Below are positions 12,993 through 23,100 of a stretch of DNA of 64,000 bases, piece by piece (positions within the stretch are counted from its first letter, which is position 1; each line of letters starts with the position of its first letter). The notes beneath the pieces are model-generated. The model saw only the letters and a list, made by a program, of their open reading frames with translations. It searched no databases and was not told where the DNA came from. A program made the translations under genes and the position numbers. Source of the DNA: Raillietiella orientalis (Eukaryota); assembly GCA_036172245.1 (NCBI GenBank), contig JAYWIR010000070.1, positions 310,001 through 374,000 of the forward strand, given 5' to 3'.

Positions 12993-13292
12993 CGGCTGGT
13001 TGGCCATGCATCTCCGCATGGGATCCTGGGTCCTGTAGCCCGGAGAGTACCTTCCATGGAAACAGGGAGAGCTGCCTCCGCCCGCAGGGGCGTGGAGTGG
13101 CGGCGGCGGCGGCGGCGGCCCCTTCCCGTGGACCGCGGCCACGGCCGCCGCCTTGGCGTCGGCGCTGCCACCGTACGCCCCTCCGCCGCCTCCCCCGTTG
13201 TCGGCGTCGCCGTAGCACTCCTGTTTGAGGGACGGTGGTTTGGCGAAGTGCAGCACCTCGCAGTAGGCGTAGTAATCGGTGAGGGACGCCAC
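12993..13292 (-). CDS. acj6: First coding exon of a POU class IV homeobox transcription factor (Acj6/I-POU/Brn3/Unc-86 family), N-terminal region; gene continues leftward beyond the window
   Basis: The translation ends SPCFHGRYSPGYRTQDPMRRCMANQP, which closely resembles the Drosophila Acj6 N-terminus as I recall it (SCFPGRYSPSYRSSEQMRRCMPNPS) and the vertebrate POU4 RRxCLP segment. It is followed by a phase-0 donor CCG|GTAACG (GT at 12992-12991). Codons are strongly C/G-ending, with poly-Gly, Ala-rich and poly-Pro runs. The 5' end is uncertain (GTG at 13292, no ATG). Confidence 0.88.
13098..13118 (-). repeat. (CCG)6CCA trinucleotide repeat encoding Pro7 within the POU4 exon
   Basis: The plus strand reads TGG(CGG)6, in frame with the exon. 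Confidence 0.9.
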
Positions 13293-13880
13293 GGTGGGGT
13301 CTCCCGAGGCGGGGACCCCCTGAGGGCGGCCCTCGGCAAAATTCCTCGGGGGCGGCGAGTGCGGGCCGGACGGTTGCTCCGCCGGACTCCGCTTTTATCC
13401 TTGCTGCCTCGCGGCGCAACCACCAGGGAGCACCCGCGCGCGCGCGCGTCCACGAGGCACCTGTTCCCTGCCCGACGCGTGCAGGGAGATCGCGCTCCTG
13501 CGTCTCGGCAAGGGCGATCCGCCGCCGAGGTACCGCCGCTGGGGGACGGAGTGTGCGCGGCCGGCCGGCACACGCGTGCGCGCGCGCGCGCTCCGGTCGG
13601 ACGCGTGTGCGAGTAGCCGAGGGGGAGAAGGGAAGAGGGGGAGGGGAATGAAGATGGAGGAGGGGGAGAGAGCTGGCTACCGCCGTCACCGCCGCAGCCG
13701 TCGCAGGAGGACAGGGATTGGCTCGCCTGCTCCTGGGCGTCACTTCCGGTCAGGAGTCCTAGGACATTCCCGGAAGTTCTCGCTCTCCCTCTGTTCCCTC
13801 CCCTTCTTCGTAACGGAGACGGCCTCCTCCTCCCCTTCCTCGTTTCTCTGCTCGCGACAGCGCGTGCGTGCGTGCGCCGT
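13293..13880 (-). promoter_or_regulatory. CpG-rich putative promoter / 5' UTR region of acj6
   Basis: Very GC/CpG-rich stretch directly upstream of the coding exon. It contains a CCAAT box on the minus strand (ATTGG 13717-13721), two ETS-type sites (CACTTCCGG 13741-13749, CCGGAAGT 13770-13777), and alternating purine-pyrimidine runs at 13435-13448 and 13568-13591. Confidence 0.5.
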
Positions 13881-16800
13881 GCCTGCTCCCGAAGAAACGC
13901 AGGGAGCAGGGTGAACGGATGCTGCTGCTGCCACGTAGAGACCGACGGGGATGACAGGCAGGTCCATCTGATTCTTCCACCATCCGGAAAGAAGACACTT
14001 CTTCACGTTCTCTTGCCACAACCGCAAACCGCCAGCATCACCGGTCTACTGGCGCAATCCACGCATGCTGCTTCCCTCCTCCTCTTCCTTCCTTCTCCCC
14101 CATGTGCGTGAGCTGCTGCTGTCAGCTGGAGACCAGGGGTGCGACCATCCGACTCCCGCCATTTCCGTGTGGTGAAAACCCTTAGTGGAGGAGGAGGATG
14201 GCAAGGAGCAGGAAAAGGATGCTCATGCTCATCTTTTCCTCTCCACACCAGTTTCTCTTGGTTACGTAACGATGCTAAGCACCCTCGAAGAAGGGAAAGC
14301 CCGTTTGTAGAGCGCTCAACTCCCCAGGACGTCCGCAGGGTCTCGTGAAAGGTCAAAGGAGGATGCAAAGGGAAGAAAGAAATGGAAGGAGGGAAAGCGG
14401 AAGAAGTTCCACAGGGAGCACCGGAAGTGACTCGAACTACTTGCACGACGACGAGCAATGCACAGAAAACGGACTATTTCTTTGCGTCTCTTCGTTCACC
14501 CGCACGCTACTCAGAGATTTAGGGAGTAGGCGTTCCAGGGAAGGGCTTTAGAAGAGGGCTGTTCCGAGCTCGTGAGAAGGTGCCGGGAGAGACTGAAGGA
14601 TCGGATCCTCCCTCCCTACTCCTGGATGCACACACATAGGTTCGGGACTTTCTGTCCGCAGCCTGCGCTACGCGACCGTCACTCGTTCCACCAATCTCTC
14701 GCTCTTCCCCTTCCTACCCTCCTCAGCTCGCGTTGCCTGAGTGCGAGGCTCCCCCTTGCCGGAGGCTGCGCAGCTGGCGGAGGGTACCTCATGCTGCTCT
14801 CCCAAGCGAGCTGCTCTGCCACCTTTGCACGCGCGCTCGCTTCTGGACAAGAGAGACTGCTGTGGGTAGTGCCGTGTACCACTCCGAAACGGATGAGGAG
14901 GGGGAGCTTGAGCAAAATCAGCAACCGGATACGACAACCTGCATTTTCTTGCGGCGCATGCGCTAGGATGTTGAATCTGACGAGTCCCGGTAAGTTCTCC
15001 TTTCGGCCACGACCTGCTCGTGGCGTCCCGTCTCGCCACCAACTCCACCGAATGCGAGTCGGTCCTCCAAGGAGTCGTTCAGGTACCCGCCTTCGAGCCC
15101 CCTAATCCCTCTGCTCGAGGACGCTGCTCACTGGTTGCATCACCCACCCCTGAGATCTGGAGGGAATCCCTCGCTGTCCCTGGTGAACCTGGACCTGGTC
15201 GCTCAGTGAAGCTGCACCCGCGTCTGCAGAGATGGAGACCAGCGGGAACCAAAGGGCACGGGTCCCGCATCTGAGAATGCTGGACACAAAGGGGAGACTT
15301 CCCTTTTCCTTGATGTGCAAAGTGAAAGGGTGCTGCTACGGGAGATACAGAATGGTGGGCGTCCCTGTAGGGCCAAACTCGGAGTCCGGCCATGGAAGTC
15401 CGACAGACCCCACTTGTTCTGCCGGTCTCCTGGAGAGCCTCTCGGCTGATCAGTGTTCTCAGCGCTGCCTGCACTGCGTACGCTTGAGCGCCGGCCTCTT
15501 CAAGGTGTTCTGAGACGAATTTGGGCTTGCGAACGGAACATTGTCTCTTCAGGGAACTTCGGTCTGCATGGGTTCTGGGAGTACTCGAGAAAGAGAGCGA
15601 AGATGGCAGTCCCATTAGTGACAGCACAAGCATGAAGAACAAGCGGAAGACACTCATGGACCCCCGAGAGTAAAATATAGAGATCCATGGAAGACCAGAG
15701 AGATACGGAATGTTGGAACGACAAGGGTCAGGAGGAGCAGGAGAAGCAGCCGTGACCCTCCTAAGTCCTATGATGCGTAGAAGAAGTGGCAGACAATGCA
15801 TTCGCTGACTCACCTCACGGCAATTCAAGCGAAGCTGGAGACAATCTCAAGAGACTAAAGCTGAGGTCTCGACGATATCAAAGGCGGAGCGAGTTCTGGA
15901 GGTAGTCAAGTTTGTTGCCTTTGCTTAGTCTTCCCGGAAAACAGCGGCCGCTTCACCCGCTCCAATACCCCATCTGCAACTCATCTTTTCCTGTTTTCAG
16001 CTTCCGTTCGCTACTCATCACAAAGCTGATGACAGAGCTCTCTCACCGAGATGCTCGCACTTCCCCTCTTTCCCATCTTGCATGGCCGAAGGAACCTCTT
16101 CAGTAGTATCTTCATCGCAATCTCCCCTCCCTATTCTTTTCCATTCTTCCTCATCGTAGTCTCTGTCCTTCCCGGAAGTGGGGTGTCCAGTCGAGTTTCC
16201 GGAACGCTCGATAGAGACCCCTCAGTGATGCGTCCTTGTGGCTTAATCCAGGGGTGGGGCCGCATCTCGATAGATCCAGATTTCGCCTCCGGGAGGCAGC
16301 CTTGGAGGAAGACAAGAGAGACGGAAGGCATAATAAATGGAGTTTAGAGTAGTGTTGGGAGGGCTGATGAAGAGTGCTCCCTACCCGGACGCCGGTTGCA
16401 GGGAAAAGTCTGGAGAGTATCCCGCAAAACTCATGCCATCTTCGTATCCGGTTTGAAAGCGCCAAGACATAGTCCAGGCAAGAGTGCATCCAATTGTCCA
16501 TTGTAAAGACCCCAAGTAGAATGGGTGATTTTCCAGTCTACCCACAGTAGGTATGGAAATGAGGATTTGAAGGAAGCCACCTCGCAGCAACAGCAGCCAC
16601 TGATCACGCCTCTCTTTCCAGTGGTTGGCATTTTCTCACGAGCCAGTCAGAGATGAAAACGGACTGAGAGTGGACGGAATAGTTTCTCAGCGCGATCCTG
16701 GTCTAACTGGAGTTCGAATGCCTCCCATCGGCATGGAGTGCTGCTGAGCTTGATCTTTGGGTTTGTTGCCGTTTTCTTTGCGTGTTAGTCGGAAGTGGAC

Positions 16801-19800
16801 TGCTGCCCGGATGCTCTTAAGGGCGAAGGTCTTGGTTCACAATGATCAACTTTCGTGCCACTCTCGCGAGGGGAGAAGCCCTCCTTCTACCTTCTCACGA
16901 GCATTCTCTTCCATCAACGGCGAGAAAACGAGAGCATCTTGAACAGGAGAAGAGGTAGCTTTCAGTAAGGGCTTACTGACTATCCGATGCGGTTCCGTCG
17001 CGGCTGCCTGTGCAGTCCCATCGGAAAGCACACCTCCTGTCTTCGGTAAGGAAGTGCTTCCTCTGTTCACGGCGTTTTCTGGAAACTCTAGCTGCGAAGC
17101 TCAGCCGTGTCACCCCACATCTGATTCAAAACCTCTCTCTGAGCCTCCTCCTTCGATGGATTCATCAGGCAATGCCTCCCATGAAGGAGATTCCGTGATT
17201 ACTAAATCTCTGTGCGTACTGTCTGATTGCTCGGCATGCTCCTGAAGAGTATCTCACCTCACACATGAGCTTCTCCTCCTTTTTCCTTCTGCTCCTGCTC
17301 CTCGAGATCCAGGAATAAGGATGGTCGATTCTCCTTGCTCCGAAGAGAAGCTCACACCTTCTTTTAGTCTGCCTTTTCCCAGTTTTACTCTTGACAGAGA
17401 AAAATAAGATGACTCTCATCTGGCAAGAATGCATCACATCTCATCCACTCAAAAAGAAAATTCATACAGGTGTCTACTCCGGACTCTGCGAGTCAGCTAC
17501 CGAGATACTCCTCTAATGTGATGTCCTCCGTGTGAGTGCCAAAGGTCAAGGTGTGAGAAACGCTCGAGGGGAACTGGGAAGGAAATGACTGATTCCTACT
17601 GCTTCCTGACCACGTGTTCAGGGCAGGCAAAGACGCGTACTGAAAGCTCTGGAGCTGAGGGACTCTGGAGTTGCAATCAAAGTGATCCTTGATGTTGTGC
17701 AGGCAGTGGCAAAAGAGTAAAACCACCAATTCTCTGCTAAGGGCTTCAGGAAGAACATCGGTCTCTTCGCTGACTCAAAGGCATCCTTTAGTTCGTCTCA
17801 CTCTGTGAAGACGGACTAAAGGACGGTTTTGCCTTCCATAGCAGTCTTCTTCCAGCTAGTCCTAGTCTTTTGATAAGGACGAATAAAATTCTTGCGCAGT
17901 CGCTGCTTCTGAGAATCCTTTAATCGAAAGACCTCCTCGGGTATAGATTGATGTAGTCAAGCTAGAGACATCATGTGGCATCTATACGAACTTCCCTGCA
18001 GTTCAAGCCATCCGGAGAAGGGATCCTAAGGCATCTGTGATCAGACATCGCTAGGAGCCTTTCTCACACAAGAGATGCTAGAGTCTGAGGGCCAGGAAAT
18101 ACCAGAAACTTTAGAGACATCATAGCGTTATCTTTCCAGTTTCCCATCAGTTTTCGAGTCTTCCCTGTGGTCACGTGGGAGGCGAGCTCAACTCACCATG
18201 AAATACTGCAGCGAAGAACGGTGCAGATTAATGGTGGTCTCTTCAAAAGTGCTCCTCTATAGGGCTTGGACGAACCTTTCTCCGGAGAATGATGAACGTT
18301 GTTCAAGTTGCGTCAAAAGGGACGGGATGGAGGTCGTAATGATGCAGATTACCACGTGATTGCTGTGTTCTGACCAAGGAATCGATGGTGCTCGTCATGA
18401 GCGTGCGCGCGGTTTAAATTCACGAGTCGCGTGCTGCCGCTCCGCTGTAATCTAGAGTTGTTGCTACAGCACCTGCTGAGCTGGCAACGACATCGAAGGT
18501 TGACGTGTGATCGTGAGAACCCATAAAGATCATGATGGGCACGAATAAACAATCCAAAGTGTTCCCGAGGCATGAATCTCCGTGGTGCCTTTACCACTGA
18601 ATCCCCCTTCTCTTCCTCTTCTTACTCAGCCAGAAGACAAGCGTTCAAGGACCGAGACGTTCATATTGGGCTCTCAGATATCTTCACTGAAGCAGCGAAA
18701 AGCTCCACGCTTGAGTCTTTCCTCACCGAGAGGTAATTCTGACCCTTCAAGAGAGGAAAATAAGCACTTGCGCACCTTGCTCCTTGGTGTAGGAAGACCA
18801 CTCCTGGGTGTAGCAGCGGTGTACAAAGAGAAATCCTTTTTCTTGCCGGAGGCGACCCCTGAACGCGGAGTTAGGATTTTAAAGACAGTCTTCGATCCGG
18901 CACGCAATCTTTCCTCTCATGATAAGTTCATTCAGTGGAGGTTTTATCCGAACTCCTCAACATTCCAGCTGCTCTCGCTTTGCGCCTCAGGCGAAACGAT
19001 TCCAGCCGACGAACTCTGGATGCCTGTTCTCACAGAAGTGGATTTGCGGGTCTCGAGAGATCTGCAGCCTCCCTCGTCACCTTTCATCTGGAACGGCATC
19101 TGCTTCCCCTTTCGGGAGTCACACCCAGAGGGGTCCCTGCTTGCCCTGAAGGCATGTCGGGCGTGGACACGCTGCAGGTTTGCACAGAACCTGCAGCTCT
19201 TCCTATTCCCCTACCCCGCTTCCTCCCCGTAGATTCGGCTGGGCCCACATGAAGCAAAGCTGCGTTCGCCATAGCATGAGAAAGGTGCGGCGGCTCCAGT
19301 GGCTTGTTTTTTCCTAGGAGAGGACAAGGGTCATTAGTCAGTTCTCTGACGTGCTCATTCGAGGAATGTCTCCAGGAAATCAGTATGGGGAGAGTATTGG
19401 AGAGGAGTGGGTGGAAAACGGAGAGGAGGCGAAACGGGAAGAGTCGAGAGTTTTTTTAGATTTTCGCGGAGGCCCTGATGGCTATATCACTTCGTGCCTG
19501 CTCTTTCCTGAGGGATCTCTTCGACTGGAAGGCCCGGGCCGTAGACTGTCCGGCTCAAGCTCCTCTAGGGCACATCTGATTTGCCCGTCTTTCCTGCGCA
19601 AGTTTCCGCGGTCGCTTCCCGGATTTTTTCATCAATCCTCCCTGTCTCTTTTCCCAGAACAAACGGACTCGCTCGGTGTCCGTTTGTTCCAGAGTAAGAA
19701 GAGGGTAGGGAGAAGGGATGTTCGTAGCTCTAACTTCTTTAAGAGACGCAGGGACTGCTAGCTGCTGGGGAGCGTCCAGCCTAAGAGGAGGGGATGAGAG

Positions 19801-19944
19801 GAGGAAGTTGGATAAAGAAGGAAAGGACAACAGAGGCATAGGCGGCGTCCCAGCTGCCGTAGAGAGAGCGCGCGCAGGCGGAGAGCAGCAGCCGGGAAGA
19901 GGGAGGGCCACTGCGTGGTGACAGCTTAATCGCTGGGTCGCGCG

Positions 19945-20115
19945 AAGGGGGAACGAAGGGAGGAGGGGGAGGAGGAGACAGGAGGGGGAAGAAGGTGAGA
20001 GAGGGAGAGAGAAGCAGGGGTGGGGAAGAGGAGGAGGAGGAGGGTAAAAAGAAGAGCGTGAGGGCAAAAAGGGGGAAGGGGGGAGGGAGGGGAAAAAAAA
20101 GGCAAAAAGGGGGCG
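19945..20115 (+). repeat. Polypurine G/A-rich low-complexity tract
   Basis: Dense GGA, GGGG and AAAA runs on the plus strand. Confidence 0.75.
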
Positions 20116-23100
20116 TCGAAAAGAGCCGTCGAGGAGGCCATCGATCCCGGGGAAGGCAAACAAACGGGCAGGAGTGCTGGAAACCCGCCCGAGCGTGAAC
20201 GGGCAGCGCGCGCCGCTTCCGGGCCGCGAGGCGGACGCACCTGCGACTACCGGACTGTCTCCGTGGCATCCCCGCCGAGATTTCGGGACGAGATTTCGGG
20301 GAGGAGAAGAGCGACTTCGCCCGGGAAGCCGTGCGCATCGCTGCCCTTCTCCCACCCTTCCCTTGTGCTCTCGCAGGACAGCCGCCCCAGCCCGTGAGTT
20401 GCGCGCCCACCGCCTGGAACGGGGAGGTTCGTTCCACTTTTTTCCATCCCCACTTCCGCCCACACCTTTCCTTGACTCCTTCCCCTTGCTGGAGAGGGGG
20501 TGGCTGCTGCATCAAGAGTCTCCGTGCTCGGTTAAGCGCGGAGACCTCGAGGCGAAGCTTCTCTGAAATCTTCCTTAGCGGACGGGGGAGGAAGGAGGGA
20601 GCTGTGTCTCAGAGGGTTCTGCTCCATTCCTGCGCACGTTCCTCTTCGGGATGAATTCCTTTCAAGGATGGCTTACTCCGGATCTCAGGAAACAAACGAA
20701 ACAGCTTCACTGGAGCTGATCCACGCCTTTCTGAGGGCGAGGAACTCACTTCTTGCACCTGCAACCCATTCCAGCGGGTGCATGACATTCCTGACAGGTG
20801 AAAGAATCCAAGTGGAGACCCTGCATCTTGCCAGGAGTCAGTAGAGGACCTCATACCTACGAGGACGCTTCCTCTCCTTCGGGGCTAGGCAAAGAGTTCA
20901 TGTAGCAAACTGATGTCATCAACGACTGCATCTTCTGCAGCCTCTGGAGGCATTCGTCTCCCTTTTATTTTACCTATCGGCGTTACTTCCACGACTCACC
21001 GGTGTATCTCTTTGGTAGCAGAAGGAGGAGTTCTGCTAGAAAGACATCCTGGGCTATTGTTATCTCCCACAGCAGTAAGAGGGTCGGAAAGGCAGGGAAG
21101 TAAATCCTGAGAAGGTCGTGAAGATGCAGGACATCCAGTTCGCTAGGCGAGCTACTCTTCTCTCCTTCACGCTGCACCGCAAAAAACAAAGATACTTAAT
21201 CAAAGAATGGAAAGCGCAGGAGATGTAAGGCATGGATGGAGGGAAGAAAAAGGGGAGACCACATTGTCCTCTTCTTTTGTGTGTCACTGTAAAAGGAATA
21301 CAGCTAGGAAGGTTTAAGACAGGAACGACATCTCTGATCTTTTTCAGAGTGAACTACCAGCAGAAGCGAAGCGCCAGATGGCCATTCTCTCTCCTCTCCT
21401 CCCGTAAGGACTCGCACTTCTGCGGAAACCTGGCAGCATTCAGATGGCAAGAGAAGAGTGACCCGGCACACTCCGGGTTCGGACGCCCCTAAAGCCCACG
21501 GCATCGTCAGAAGGAAGCTCCACTCCGGAAGTGGCTACCCCTCTCTTGCAAATGCCTAGGAGGTCTCTGAGGAGCAGCGGTCCTGATGGAGTCTTTGAGA
21601 GCCCATCACGGCGGTTACATTGGCAAGCCTCACAGCCCCACTGATGGTTGTAAAGAGCCCACAATTTCAACTCTTCTTTACTGCCACTGGGGATCGGTTT
21701 GCTTTGCTGATGGTCCTTCGTCTCTGCGGGCGAACGGCCAGCAGCCGTTGGGGATCGCTCCACTTCCACTCAGATGCACACTGGTTCAAGGAGGACAGAT
21801 TTCCAGACTCGCGGGACATGACAAGAATGGAAATTCCAATACCGGAATTTTCCATCAGATCCATAGCATCTGAGACCAAAGAAAAAAGTTCGCCGCCATC
21901 AGCTACTCATGTTTCCTTAGGAAAGTGGGTGCAAAAGAGGAAGCAACCAGAAACTTTTGGAATTTTTCGTTTTGGCTAGAGTCACAATATGGATGGTGTC
22001 AGGGGAACTCCTCAAGGATGGGAAGGTTTGCTCGAGGAGCCACGAGCCGCGCGGGTGAGCACCTCCTGCAACGAGAAACAGAGGCACTGGGTCTCAATTA
22101 TCCCCCCTTCTCTCTGTTTAAAGTGTCTGCGAAGAGCATCGTGCTGCTCCACGCGTCCCCGGATCTGCAGTTCGGAAGAATCGCCAGAAGTATGACCACC
22201 AGTGTTGCTGTTGTTCTTCAGTTTCCGTGAATCTGGTTTGATGCCGGCAGATCGTGCAGAAGTGTTCCTTGCAATCGTGAGTGATGAGAACCGCGTTCTC
22301 GAACCGAGATGCTGACGGATCTGAGAGAAAAAAACGGGAATTGCCCATTTCTCAGGAGCAACGAAGGAGCAGCGAAGGCACTCCATTTCTCTGATCCTGA
22401 GCAAAAGTCGCGGGATGGCTGTAGGTGAGCTCTTTATGAGGACATTGACTCGCGTGGACAGGCAGCATTCAGAACTCGAAAAAATCGAAATCTACTCCAG
22501 CGAGTTCGACTGACCGCATGAGTTGGATCAGACCGAGATCATCTGTGAACTTGAGAAGGCTTCTGTGAGAGTTCCTGGACGCATTCAGTAGTCGAGAGAC
22601 AAGAAGCTGTTTCTCCAATAGAGGACATTCAAAATCTATTTTCTGGAATGATGAAATTCGTTAGTCTTCAATCGACTTTCTAACGAATTCTGCAATTCTG
22701 TTATATTTGCCGAAGAACATGGCTTCTTGGATAAGAGTTGCAGATGACTCTCCCTCAGGTGCTTCTCCCACACCCACCCTTCGGCAGGCCGCGTTTGATA
22801 CGGCAGCAGATTTCTGGTCTTCAGCTGAGCTGCTCATCGGGTTTCCATCAAAACGCACTTTCAGCTGGCTTCCCGGAGAGCCTAGCGAGCACAACGTGCA
22901 TCCGGCACCTTCGGCGGGAAGATGATGTTCTCCCGTGACCGATACTACGAGAAAGGGAGATTCATTCCCCAGGTTTTTACATTAGTGTTCTCTGAGAACT
23001 GCAGCGACCTAGCGTGCAGCGGGAATGAAACAGCGGTGCGGTTCCCGATTCCTGTAATGCGTCACTCGGTAGGTGAGCTTTACAGAAGGGATTTCTGGTG

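Noticed and set aside
13392..13399. TATA-like GATAAAAG upstream of the POU4 exon
   Set aside because: Non-consensus first base, and no initiator at the expected spacing of about 30 nt.
12940..13743. Other-frame ORFs overlapping the POU4 exon (267, 194 and 186 aa)
   Set aside because: Shadows of a GC-rich exon and CpG island; only the 13292 frame carries the conserved motif.
19555..20515. 302-aa and 244-aa minus-strand ORFs
   Set aside because: Produced by the polypurine/polypyrimidine tract (Pro/Ser/Leu/Phe runs).
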